The position numbers and the translations under genes are program-made. 38,830 nt of DNA, taken from a virus (lineage: Duplodnaviria > Caudoviricetes). The notes below the pieces were generated by a model. The model saw nothing but the letters and a program-made list of their open reading frames with translations. It was not told the DNA's origin and did not search any database. Below are positions 19,101-27,258 of this stretch, one piece after another (the stretch's first letter is position 1; the number at the start of each line of letters is the position of its first letter). The stretch is taken from positions 1-38,830 of the IMG/VR virus record IMGVR_UViG_3300033067_000803. The stretch is one strand, 5' to 3'.

Positions 19101-19212
19101 TTTCCTTGGAGACCATGAAAACGAGATTGTTTGCGACACACGGGGCATTAAGTTCAAATATGTCGGATCAACCAGGGCTGGGCAGTCATTTGACAAGTTC
19201 AAGGATAGTTGA
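16114..19212 (+). CDS. MuF-like minor capsid protein fused to kinase-like and putative ADP-ribosyltransferase domains
   Basis: FVDKSGRAW..Y..M.VRT, CPICSAWEGR, FHPNCTH (MuF/minor capsid); GGSTGA, VMK, DVLLGNWD, RIDNGG (PI3/4-kinase/HipA-like); LSR..ASES..ENE (R-S-E ART-like). Confidence 0.8.
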   Translation: MTPRQKRLAMELRKYEAGTNTALMKVLKKAIINVRSSISGKLAELGNAATNSKAREQAIQAAVDALEKMQESMSSHLKSLTDVAARNAHDDATEELKESGKKDLVQYDPARSERYISYLAPRNAERLAAVFTDKMQENLVRTLRFAYIDVARKAAVEGLTHAEVNKELQDRWQKDSGNESLYRFVDKSGRAWENARYFQMLVRTNAQRVWTDSYCDSLASNGFKLARISDDGDPDCPICSAWEGRIVCVAGKQKGFPTYADAQEAGVFHPNCTHRLRYIDETIDADEIALQAKHPPSDMSKEAMQEQKDKIDVQRYVSQGQNANEAKVSVAADRLSRNIRSGLFSDELATVASQLPKDVLRKMFDNGMIPRFSVAKKEDEPWSKMRGVLLIPKDATPEELYFKLGGGSEFTKQVAVKPVEPQKKRDLFPESVNGLKTVRDLGGSTGAKLVEDDLGNRFVMKRGASPEHLRSECDADAAYIAAGVAVPEFRLYEDSGTPVKLSRFIDEAKTLSALSKDERETVYNQLRKDFHVDVLLGNWDVLGLGMDNVLVDKNGKAWRIDNGGALGFRAQGEKKDKEDWEAGWIDDVWSMRNLHPDSKKANANLGSAFGSVPTVKLVKAIRDGKFEGLLEKLPEKDKAIIRERIKEATQLADRGEQFEASGYEGGYTDKVLWHSYALSKEGFREEAKLNVGEDNYGFYRSGGSTRPISQTHANVTADILGAVKTINFHLSKGDKDFNQSKIDAALSHGKLIEKAVAEGWKNAAEAAAAIKMIQDTVARKNKAEIGKFTATSLEPQSVETVKIGEKGKAPRTYTSLTDHIHDYMRRNGADPSIIVKWQQAQGGNSWNDAAVKFKIAQESTRLVDEKFTWHGEGVSKPETNYKAAKKTSEAVMNKIIEAKAAYQSAIVLCLENSTFSHNDRSKRTVYLSRTEKDTVIRKYGIKVGESSDYQRGASESHGVFKTVVVEGDCLTVGEVPYSNILGFYMLEREPGNMVPSFLGDHENEIVCDTRGIKFKYVGSTRAGQSFDKFKDS
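17154..17172. promoter_or_regulatory. Palindromic parS/operator-like site, copy 4
   Basis: ACTGGCAACCGTTGCCAGT (opposite orientation of the central base). Confidence 0.6.
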
Positions 19213-19223
19213 TACAATCAAAC
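19206..19223. promoter_or_regulatory. Operator-like site shared with the switch region
   Basis: GTTGATACAATCAAAC at 19208 is identical to 35856-35871. Confidence 0.5.
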
Positions 19224-19238
19224 CCAATCGGAGTAATA

Positions 19239-19652
19239 ATGCTTATTTTTGAAGAAACACTTTTGGACGTTGGAAAGATCAAGTCTATGCGAGTTCGCAC
19301 GGATTTTGACCCGAAAGGTACTATTTTCGGTTGCGACCTTGAATCTGACCTTTACAGCGGGATACTTGATTGCAAGGTTTCCTATGTCGAAAAGATAGGT
19401 GCTGCCAACTGCTGCCCAGAAAGCGAGGCATTCAACAGCATCGGGGACCCGCGCATTGTAGCCATGTTCCTGAAGGCTTATTACGAGAACCACGCCGGAG
19501 AGCTTGAGGTAATGGAGGAAAAGGAGGCCATTGCCTACCTGAAAAGGCACGTTGTCAGCCCGGATATTTATTGGATGGCAACAGATAAGGAACCTCCTGC
19601 GGATGGAAAGCCAATCTTCAACTCAACCCCAGTCATCAAGCTTGAGGCATAA
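19239..19652 (+). CDS. Hypothetical protein, candidate MuF-toxin immunity protein
   Basis: SD GGAG; directly downstream of the toxin fusion. Function inferred from position only. Confidence 0.6.
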   Translation: MLIFEETLLDVGKIKSMRVRTDFDPKGTIFGCDLESDLYSGILDCKVSYVEKIGAANCCPESEAFNSIGDPRIVAMFLKAYYENHAGELEVMEEKEAIAYLKRHVVSPDIYWMATDKEPPADGKPIFNSTPVIKLEA

Positions 19653-19654
19653 AC

Positions 19655-19972
19655 ATGTGGGTTTTCTGTAAATCTGGTTTCTTTTCGGCTGTTGAGCATC
19701 GAGCAGACGCTTCGCTTGTAATGGTCCGCGCCCGTTTCCGTGGCGACCTAGAGCGTTTATTGAAAACTCACAAGATCAAAGGCAAGGTTGTCTGCACTCC
19801 TGGAGCTGATTACAAGTATCGTATGACGATCCAAAAGGATGCGTGGTCGAAAGCCGTATCTTCAGAGGCAGAACAGATTGACTATGACAACTTCAAGAGC
19901 TCTGTACATGACGGCTCTGGGCGTGACTCGGCTTATCTTCGATGTTGGTCGGCTTTGAGATCGGCTCAATAA
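19655..19972 (+). CDS. Hypothetical protein
   Basis: MWVF...GFFSAV...VRAR..GDLE...DY.YR...IDYDNFK; followed by a terminator. Confidence 0.75.
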   Translation: MWVFCKSGFFSAVEHRADASLVMVRARFRGDLERLLKTHKIKGKVVCTPGADYKYRMTIQKDAWSKAVSSEAEQIDYDNFKSSVHDGSGRDSAYLRCWSALRSAQ

Positions 19973-19990
19973 TTTAGATTTGTCTACTTT

Positions 19991-20024
19991 AGCCTGTGGC
20001 AATTCGCCACGGGCTTTTTTGTTT
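19991..20024 (+). terminator. Intrinsic terminator
   Basis: AGCCTGTGGC-AATTC-GCCACGGGCT followed by TTTTTGTTT. Confidence 0.85.
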
Positions 20025-20039
20025 ATTGCATGGCTATTG
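20021..20039 (+). promoter_or_regulatory. Putative late promoter (neck/tail genes)
   Basis: GTTTA TTGCA TGGCTATTG directly after the terminator; ATG 2 nt later. Confidence 0.65.
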
Positions 20040-20041
20040 GC

Positions 20042-20521
20042 ATGAGTCAAGTCACAGGTGCCAGCGAAGTAGCCGCCGCAATCAAAGCCTTAGCGCAGAA
20101 ATCACACGAGGCCTCACAAAGGGCACTTAACAGGGCCGTCAATCGCGTCCAGACCGTGGCCATAGATAATGCCCCACGCAGCCCTACTCAATCACAGAGG
20201 CAGGCCCAGAACAAGACTAGGAAGCGCGGAAAGCGCAAGCCAAACGCAAGCACAAGGGCAATGCCAGGCGGTCTCGAGAAATCCATAGAAAAGCGGGTTG
20301 AGGGCCTTCAAGGTTTTGTCTATGTTGCTGCAAACGCGCCTGCCGGAAAGTATGCCGCACGGATGCATGACGAAAAAGGACGGTCATGGAGCAGGAGAGG
20401 CCCCGGCACGGTAGCCAAGGGAACCAAGGCAGATGCTAAATTTATTGAGAGGGCCGTTAATGACGAGCAGTCTAACATTGTCAAGATCATCGAGGATGAA
20501 CACAGAAAGGTAACACTATGA
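20042..20521 (+). CDS. HK97 gp10-like tail completion protein
   Basis: VTGA.EV, AIDNAP, GGLEKSI, YAARMH, KFIERAV. Confidence 0.75.
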   Translation: MSQVTGASEVAAAIKALAQKSHEASQRALNRAVNRVQTVAIDNAPRSPTQSQRQAQNKTRKRGKRKPNASTRAMPGGLEKSIEKRVEGLQGFVYVAANAPAGKYAARMHDEKGRSWSRRGPGTVAKGTKADAKFIERAVNDEQSNIVKIIEDEHRKVTL

Positions 20522-20994
20522 GAACACCAGCGTTATATGAAGAGGCACTTGGAGAAGCGGAGGAGGCCTGCGCGGTCATCCTTGCGCAGAAACTCAAGCT
20601 GACGGTAGGGGAAGATTTGTTCATCGGATTCAATCCAGGCGTTCCAGACGCTGCGGTATTCACTATCGTAGGAATCCGTAACCCTGATTGCGTCCATAAC
20701 AATCAGGCCCATGTTTTTCACTTCGGAGGCACGTTGCAACTCTTCAACCGCGAACGTAAGCTTCTTCAAGGATTCATCATGCGTGTGATTGGTGCGAGCC
20801 CGTTTGCGGAGGATGGTTTTGAAAACACGAATATCTACCAATTGCGTGTGAGCGGTAACGAGGGCTGCGTTTCTGGCAGTTCAGTGACAGAGATTACGCC
20901 GGATGGAGAACAGCAGGCGGTTGAGGTGTGGACGGCCACTTTAGACCTTGATGTTGTCTTTGACTGTGGCGAGCGTTTAACAGATGGCTATTGA
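20518..20994 (+). CDS. Putative tail terminator protein
   Basis: 158 aa between the gp10-like gene and the tail tube; GEDLFIG motif. Confidence 0.6.
   Translation: MRTPALYEEALGEAEEACAVILAQKLKLTVGEDLFIGFNPGVPDAAVFTIVGIRNPDCVHNNQAHVFHFGGTLQLFNRERKLLQGFIMRVIGASPFAEDGFENTNIYQLRVSGNEGCVSGSSVTEITPDGEQQAVEVWTATLDLDVVFDCGERLTDGY
20975..20993 (+). promoter_or_regulatory. Putative late promoter (tail tube)
   Basis: GTTTA ACAGA TGGCTATTG. Confidence 0.65.
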
Positions 20995-21026
20995 TAATCA
21001 GTTCAATACTCAAGGAGATACTAAAA

Positions 21027-21743
21027 ATGGCACATAAGTTTTTCAGTCCTGTGGACGTTTTCGGAGGTTTCTCCGGCTGGGTCATCCAGACTGGCGGCAA
21101 TCCTTCGACTCAAACAGGTCGCGCCTCGGAGCTTGGCGATGACGGCGACGAGATCGCATCTGAAGGCTTCGACCCGAAAACATCAGTTTCGTGCGTCTAT
21201 GGCCCGACCGCCTACACTGGCAATCTGACAGTCCCCAAAATCGGACAGATCAAGAACGACTATCATGTCGACAGCGTAGTCATTGCCTACAACCAGCAGG
21301 GTTTCCCGACCATGACGGTGACAGGCCACAAGCATGATGCCGGATCGCCTGACGCAGGATGCCGTCAATATACGGCAACCGTAGTGCTTCCTGCTCGGAA
21401 GATCGGTATTCCGTCAGCTCTTGTCGACACCACTCCAGTGACTCCAGGCGAGGTATTCACGCTCGAGGCAGAGGCAGAGGTAGGAATGAAGGGAATGACT
21501 TACACGCTTTCCTGCACACACGTGGACGAGCCTGACGGAGATGGCGGCCACCTCGCGGGTGACAACCATGACGGCGTTGAAAAGATCGATGTGGAAATGA
21601 GCGGCGAGGCCGATCCTGACGAGTACACGGTGGGAACCGGATGGTTTGTCGAAAGCAACGCCTCCGGCAACCAGGGCAACACCTCCAAGACCACGCGCTC
21701 CCTGTCATTCGTCAAGCACATCGCCCATGATGTAGCTGCATAA
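21027..21743 (+). CDS. Putative major tail (tube) protein
   Basis: Strong SD AAGGAG; acidic Gly/Thr-rich; precedes chaperone and tape measure. Confidence 0.65.
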   Translation: MAHKFFSPVDVFGGFSGWVIQTGGNPSTQTGRASELGDDGDEIASEGFDPKTSVSCVYGPTAYTGNLTVPKIGQIKNDYHVDSVVIAYNQQGFPTMTVTGHKHDAGSPDAGCRQYTATVVLPARKIGIPSALVDTTPVTPGEVFTLEAEAEVGMKGMTYTLSCTHVDEPDGDGGHLAGDNHDGVEKIDVEMSGEADPDEYTVGTGWFVESNASGNQGNTSKTTRSLSFVKHIAHDVAA

Positions 21744-21752
21744 GGAGCTGCA

Positions 21753-22439
21753 ATGACAGTTCCAAAGCTCACAGACAGGCTTGAGACGGAACTAAATGAC
21801 TTCGCAGAGGGAGGGATAATCCTGACCCCTGCGGAGATCATTTTTCTAGCCGATGCATGTAACCGTCTGGATAATCCGTTCGCAGATGTTGACGCACGGC
21901 TTCTTGAAACGCCTATCCTTGTTGGATGTTCATACCTGTGGCCTCTGACTGTTGGTGCCTCCGTTTGGCTTGATACCTACGCAATCAAATGGTGGAAGGA
22001 TTCAGAGGAGTTGTATTTCTGGGCTCTAGTCTATGCTCTCCTGAACGCCCGCAATCCTGAAGCGTTCATGACAAGCGAAGATGCAGCCTTTAACGAGGTC
22101 AAGAAGATCGGAATACGGTTCGCATGTAGCCGTAAGGAGCTTGAGGCGGCAGTCGACAAAGCTCTAGGAATCGATAGGAACCAGCCAACAAAGAAGAGCG
22201 AGAAAGCAACTGTGGCATGGTCTACGGTCGTTTCGGAGCTTGAGGCGCACAGCGGAATATTGCGTCATGAATGGCTTTGGGGGCGTTCCGTGCTGGCGAC
22301 CGCTGACAGCTATGCCGCGCTATTCGCCATCGCCTCCGCGCTTGCTGGCAATGACAAATCGCGCATGCACGACGCGATTGACGATGCAATCACAAATCTG
22401 GCGCAGACAAAGAAGGCAATAAGGGCAAACCATGCGTAA
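21753..22439 (+). CDS. Putative tail assembly chaperone
   Basis: Position between tail tube and tape measure; SD AAGGAG. Confidence 0.55.
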   Translation: MTVPKLTDRLETELNDFAEGGIILTPAEIIFLADACNRLDNPFADVDARLLETPILVGCSYLWPLTVGASVWLDTYAIKWWKDSEELYFWALVYALLNARNPEAFMTSEDAAFNEVKKIGIRFACSRKELEAAVDKALGIDRNQPTKKSEKATVAWSTVVSELEAHSGILRHEWLWGRSVLATADSYAALFAIASALAGNDKSRMHDAIDDAITNLAQTKKAIRANHA

Positions 22440-24336
22440 CGTAGTCGAATACATCATTGCGGCAAAGGATACTACATCAGCCGCGATTACCACGGCAACC
22501 GGAAGGCTTCAAGATTTCGGAAAGGCTATATTCTCGAACCTTGCCAACATAAAAGCAGGGTTCGACATGGCCAGAGGTGCCATTTCGACAGCGGCGAACG
22601 CTATTTCTGAAACTGTCCGAGAGGCTTTCAAGTTCGAGACAACCACTGTCCAATTCTCTGTTCTAATGGGATCGATGACAAAGGCCCGCGAACGGATGAA
22701 AGAGCTTGCCAAGTTCGCAACTGAAACGCCTTTTGAGCTTGCAGGGATAACCAAGGCGTCCAGGACTCTCCACGTGTTCACAGAGGGCGCCATGGGGGAC
22801 GCTGAATCCTTGCGGATGGTTGGAGACGCGGCTGCGGCTGTCGGGCAGCCCCTTGAAGACCTTTCATTCTGGATCGGTCGCGCCTACAGCATGATTAAAG
22901 GTGGCCAGCCTTTCGGCGAGGCCGCTATGAGGCTCCAGGAGATGGGTATAATGACCCCTGCGGCCCGCCAGCAGATGGAGTCATTACAGGCCGCAGGCGC
23001 GTCAACATCAGAGGTGTGGGGTGTCCTCGTCAAGCGCATGTCTGAATTCAACGGCGGCATGATGACCCTTTCAAAGACTGGCGAGGGCCTGACCTCTACC
23101 TTGAATGACACCATAACCGAAGCCAAGCGGACATTCGGGCAGGAGTTCCTTGACTCTGCAAAGGTAGCCATAGACGGTATCACCAAGTATCTTCAAGGCC
23201 TGATTGATGACGGTTCCATCAAGCAGTGGGCGCAAAAGTCTCTTGAATACATCTATATGGTGGCCGGGGCCGTCAAGGCGATATGGCAGGGAGGAGACGA
23301 ACGCCAGCAGGCTCTTGGGGCATTAAAGGACGTTGTTGTTGGAGCGTTCGAGATCGCAGCGCAGAAGGCCTTAAATCTGCTCATAGAGCACGGCCCCAAG
23401 GTCGGGCTTGCAATCGGGCGGGCTATTTTCGATGTCATTAAAAAGCCTCTGAAGGGCAATGTAGACCATGCGCAATATGTGCAGGCTGCAATGGAGACTG
23501 GCGTTTTAGATGCGTCCAAGAATGGAGACATTGCCAAGTCGATGCTGCACCAGGACTGGTGGACAGTTCCGGAAGAAAAGAAGGCTGCCTTCAAGAATAG
23601 AGCCCAGGAGCTTATTGACGAGAAATACCTGAAGGAGAACAAACAGAAAGAGGTTGACCTGCCGTTTGCAAGACTTGAAAAAGGTTTGAGCACTCTTAGC
23701 AGCCTTTCGTCAAAAATTAAGAATAGCGTCGGAACGAACGCGAAGGAGATACAGGAGCTTTTGGAAGGGACCGCAGCCAAGACCACCACCAAAGAAATTA
23801 AAATGCCAAAGAAGGTTCAAGAGGACCTTGCCAAGGCAGATATTGAGCTGAAAAAGAAGCGTTTCGAGGAAGAAGAGAAGAAGCGCATGGAGATGGAAAA
23901 GAAGCTGTCCGATGAACGCGAGAAGCTAATGACCAAGGAGCTTGGAGACCGTATTGCAGCCAACAAGACTGAACTTTCACAGCTTGAAAAAGACCGCACA
24001 CAGATGCAAAACCGTCTTTCAGCAGCGCAAGCGCAGGTTCAGAAGGCTTGGGGCTGGTATCGTGACAAGGGTTCCATGAAGAAGCAGATGGACGAGGAGA
24101 AGGAGCAAGCCAAGGCAGAGGTTCAGTTCGAGAAAGACTTAGACAGGCTGTCACGCCGGAAAGGCGACTGGCGTACGGCTAAGGGCCTCTCCGTTGATGA
24201 TGAGGCAACCAGGCGGCTCGGGCTTGCCAAGGAGGAGGAGCGCAACGCGCAGAAGGCCTTGACGCAGATCGAAGAAAACACGCGAGACCTCTCTGAAAAG
24301 CTGGACGAGCTCCTAAGCATGAAAGGGGGCGGCTAA
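22432..24336 (+). CDS. Tape measure protein
   Basis: I.AKD.TS N-terminus, FE...F.VLMGS..KA.E.M.EL..FA.ETPFEL, STL.D motif; helical. Confidence 0.9.
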   Translation: MRNVVEYIIAAKDTTSAAITTATGRLQDFGKAIFSNLANIKAGFDMARGAISTAANAISETVREAFKFETTTVQFSVLMGSMTKARERMKELAKFATETPFELAGITKASRTLHVFTEGAMGDAESLRMVGDAAAAVGQPLEDLSFWIGRAYSMIKGGQPFGEAAMRLQEMGIMTPAARQQMESLQAAGASTSEVWGVLVKRMSEFNGGMMTLSKTGEGLTSTLNDTITEAKRTFGQEFLDSAKVAIDGITKYLQGLIDDGSIKQWAQKSLEYIYMVAGAVKAIWQGGDERQQALGALKDVVVGAFEIAAQKALNLLIEHGPKVGLAIGRAIFDVIKKPLKGNVDHAQYVQAAMETGVLDASKNGDIAKSMLHQDWWTVPEEKKAAFKNRAQELIDEKYLKENKQKEVDLPFARLEKGLSTLSSLSSKIKNSVGTNAKEIQELLEGTAAKTTTKEIKMPKKVQEDLAKADIELKKKRFEEEEKKRMEMEKKLSDEREKLMTKELGDRIAANKTELSQLEKDRTQMQNRLSAAQAQVQKAWGWYRDKGSMKKQMDEEKEQAKAEVQFEKDLDRLSRRKGDWRTAKGLSVDDEATRRLGLAKEEERNAQKALTQIEENTRDLSEKLDELLSMKGGG

Positions 24337-24692
24337 TGGCCTGGAAAAGCGCGATTGATTCAGCCTGCACGGTTGAACTGTCAAAAGACACAGACAAGGT
24401 GCTGAAACTAAAGGTCACGTCCGGCGCGACCACGAAGTATCTTTATGAAATCACGACCACGACAGTGACTGAATACCGTGCGTTGACGAAGGCTTGCGCA
24501 CAGGCTGCGGCAGTATCAGCAACCTACAATTCTGACACGAGGGCTTATTCAGACTGGCAACCGTTTACAGTCAATTTCGTTGGAATCCGCATTTCCGGCA
24601 CGAAAAAGACTGCCAAGGCGGCGCGATCCAACGAGGCTGCCGGATGGAGGATGACTGTTACCGAGGTAACTGTGTCTTCGGAGGTTGTGTAA
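24336..24692 (+). CDS. Putative tail protein
   Basis: TAATG-coupled to the tape measure gene. Confidence 0.6.
   Translation: MAWKSAIDSACTVELSKDTDKVLKLKVTSGATTKYLYEITTTTVTEYRALTKACAQAAAVSATYNSDTRAYSDWQPFTVNFVGIRISGTKKTAKAARSNEAAGWRMTVTEVTVSSEVV
24553..24571. promoter_or_regulatory. Degenerate parS/operator-like site, copy 5
   Basis: ACTGGCAACCGTTTACAGT, 17/19 match. Confidence 0.4.
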
Positions 24693-25360
24693 TGGCAAAG
24701 ATAAAGGCTGACTTCAAACAGGGCGACAAGATAACGGAGATTCCGGCGAGCTGGTTCAACTCCGTTGCCTCGTTTATTAACAACCTTGTCGGGGTCAACA
24801 ATATCGCCGTCAAGCGTCCGCATGGCCCAGTAACCGAGTCATCACCTGTCGAGATTGAGTTTATAGGTGAAGCTGGCACAACGTTGAACCTTTCAGATGC
24901 TACACCTCAAAAAGATGCTTCTCCAGGCGCAGCAGGTACAGCTACGACAGCTTCACGGGCAGATCATAAGCACCCTTTGAATGTTCCAGCAAGCGGTACT
25001 CCTGAAGCAATAGGAGATGCAGGTGCGCAAGGCGACGATACAACTTATTCACGATTTGACCACGTTCACTCTGATAAGCGGGCGCGAACAAGCGGGTACA
25101 CTATTACAGACATATCCCTTGGCGCATCGCCAACGCCTGGACCTCTTGCACCTGGTTCAAACGGATGGAATGTTTCGAGCAACACAACTGGTGTAAAGGT
25201 AAGCGTTTTGACACGCATTCGTTATTCAGAGTCTGACGCAACACCGTCAATCCATTTTTATTATCGGACAATGACCTATGATCCTTGTGGCCGTCTGCTT
25301 GACGTTTCTACAGAGGGTCGCGTGACGGTCCACGTTCCTGTTGCAGTAACAATAGGTTAG
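24692..25360 (+). CDS. Tail fibre/tip protein with SRxDHxH repeats
   Basis: ASRADHKHP and YSRFDHVH repeats as in phage fibre shafts. Confidence 0.65.
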   Translation: MAKIKADFKQGDKITEIPASWFNSVASFINNLVGVNNIAVKRPHGPVTESSPVEIEFIGEAGTTLNLSDATPQKDASPGAAGTATTASRADHKHPLNVPASGTPEAIGDAGAQGDDTTYSRFDHVHSDKRARTSGYTITDISLGASPTPGPLAPGSNGWNVSSNTTGVKVSVLTRIRYSESDATPSIHFYYRTMTYDPCGRLLDVSTEGRVTVHVPVAVTIG

Positions 25361-25362
25361 TT

Positions 25363-26211
25363 ATGCCACTAATTCGTAAAGCTGGGTATGGGATGTGCAT
25401 GCAATCAACCTCAAAAAGGCTGATTCGACTGCAAAATGGGTGGTTTGATTTGTCTTTTGTGTCTGGAGCATATTGCGCGAGGACCACTGCTAACCAGTAT
25501 CAAAATAACTATTCACAATGGCAGGCTATGCATGATGCAAATTGGTCATGGCTTAATAGTCAGGGAACTGGAGCGTGGGTTTCTTCCGGCGCCTCTTTGG
25601 CCGTTCCTATTGTTGCCTGGTGTCAAAGCGGAACAAACCAAGGGACAATAAATCTAGGCTATCCGTGGCTTAATGAGTTGACGCAGGTTCATACTGTTAA
25701 TCGCTTTCAATTCCCTTCAACTTTAACAGGCTTTAATATAACAGGGGCCAGGCTATGGCTTGAAAGCCCGCAGGAGGTAGGCCACGACTTTTGGTTTGAC
25801 TCGGGGTGGAACTTTCAGTACGACGAACTTTATGTCCCGAATGTTATGGAGTCTGGAGGCTTTAATGTAAGATTTTCAACAACTCTTCAGGCCCCAAACT
25901 TTGCAACAAATGGACAGGACGTTTCCATGACAATGCAACTTTTGGGGGATAATACCTGGGCAGTCGCGCCGTCTTATGAAAGCTGGAAGCCCTTTGCTGG
26001 GTGGGCGATAGGAAGGGCTCCGGCTGGCGCATGGTCTTACTATGACCTTTCACCAGCTACGGTTACATTTTTAAACGCAAACCGCGACTTCTATATGCAC
26101 ACAAATTTTAGCCAGACTTACGGACCGCATTATAATATCGGAAACGATACATACACTTACACCAGGAACTTGCGCGGAATGGTCCTCGAGGTGTATTGCG
26201 ACTTCACGTGA
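25363..26211 (+). CDS. Aromatic/Asn-rich putative tail or receptor-binding protein
   Basis: Position in the tail module; Trp/Tyr/Asn-rich beta-type composition. Confidence 0.55.
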   Translation: MPLIRKAGYGMCMQSTSKRLIRLQNGWFDLSFVSGAYCARTTANQYQNNYSQWQAMHDANWSWLNSQGTGAWVSSGASLAVPIVAWCQSGTNQGTINLGYPWLNELTQVHTVNRFQFPSTLTGFNITGARLWLESPQEVGHDFWFDSGWNFQYDELYVPNVMESGGFNVRFSTTLQAPNFATNGQDVSMTMQLLGDNTWAVAPSYESWKPFAGWAIGRAPAGAWSYYDLSPATVTFLNANRDFYMHTNFSQTYGPHYNIGNDTYTYTRNLRGMVLEVYCDFT

Positions 26212-26218
26212 TTAACTT

Positions 26219-26404
26219 ATGGCCGAGGAAGATACTTTTGAGGGTTCGGATATAACACTCCCGGAATTCGTCGACGGGAGCGGCGATTACTTTTTCAGGG
26301 GTAGCGGTTTGGAAGATCCACCTCCTCCCGAAGGCAATCCAGCGCCCCCCGAGACCCCGCCCGACGTATGGGCAGAGGAGTATTACGAGTTGGAAGTTGA
26401 GTGA
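26219..26404 (+). CDS. Small acidic Pro-rich hypothetical protein
   Basis: 61 aa ORF continuing the tail operon. Confidence 0.55.
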   Translation: MAEEDTFEGSDITLPEFVDGSGDYFFRGSGLEDPPPPEGNPAPPETPPDVWAEEYYELEVE

Positions 26405-26408
26405 TTTA

Positions 26409-26519
26409 GCCGTCTCGGAGTAGAGACGGCGCCGTCCATCCGGGTGCAACCGGATGGCTAACCCATGGGAACCGCGGTCCCGAACGAGTTACGAGCCAGG
26501 TCAGCGCCGTCATGGCTGA
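26409..26519 (+). promoter_or_regulatory. Structured RNA leader upstream of the methyltransferase
   Basis: Perfect 8-bp hairpins at 26409-26430 and 26436-26457; alternative pairing of 26425-26432 with 26504-26511. Confidence 0.5.
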
Positions 26520-26553
26520 GGGATGGCAAGTAGCGTATCAAAGGAACACGCCC

Positions 26554-27258
26554 ATGAAAAGCCGATTAGGTGCGGTTATAAAATCGCTTGAAATTATACC
26601 CGCCTACCAAGACGACCACGTCGCATTGATCCACGGTGATTGCCGGGATCTGCTACCACGAATAAAAGATACTCAGGGGGTTGTAATAGTCTCGGACCCC
26701 CCTTATGGAATCAAATGGGTCCACTCGAGTAATCCTCGCCCTATCATGGGTGACGATAAGCCGTTCGATCCATCTCACTTGCTTAGGTTCAAGTGCATTC
26801 TGTTCGGCGGCCAACACTACCACACCAGCCTGCCTCAGAAGGGGTCCTGGATCATATGGGACAAGCGTTGCCCGCACTGCGGAGGAAAGAAGGCCTGCAA
26901 GGTAGGACCGTGCCGGACAAACGATATTGGCGACTTCGAGGATATCTGGTGTTCATTCCACACGCATAGGACGATTTACCGCCATTATTGGAACGGAGGC
27001 GGCAAGGCTACTGAACGGGGAAACAAGAGAATCCACCCGACACAAAAACCTGTCGTGCTCATGCGTTGGCTGATTGAATCCTACACGACTCCTGAAGACC
27101 TCATTATTGACCCGTACGCGGGCTCGTGCGCGACTCTGCTGGCGGCAAGGTCTTTTGGCAGGTATGCAATCGGGATCGAATTGGACGCGCAATACATAGC
27201 CCCATCGGTCGAACGGCTTTCAACACCTCTTTCATGTCCGATCTTGAGAAATCTCTAA
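26554..27258 (+). CDS. N6-adenine/N4-cytosine DNA methyltransferase (beta class)
   Basis: IHGDC, SDPPYG, HPTQKP, DPYAGS..T, GIELD. SD AAGGA before ATG 26554; in-frame ATG also at 26512. Confidence 0.9.
   Translation: MKSRLGAVIKSLEIIPAYQDDHVALIHGDCRDLLPRIKDTQGVVIVSDPPYGIKWVHSSNPRPIMGDDKPFDPSHLLRFKCILFGGQHYHTSLPQKGSWIIWDKRCPHCGGKKACKVGPCRTNDIGDFEDIWCSFHTHRTIYRHYWNGGGKATERGNKRIHPTQKPVVLMRWLIESYTTPEDLIIDPYAGSCATLLAARSFGRYAIGIELDAQYIAPSVERLSTPLSCPILRNL

Noticed and set aside
21216-21232. ACTGGCA-ATC-TGACAGT as another parS-like site
   Set aside because: Spacer is two bases short and there is a mismatch; probably chance.
21753-22439. Programmed frameshift in the tail assembly chaperone
   Set aside because: A single ORF fills the space up to the tape measure gene and I saw no convincing slippery heptamer.
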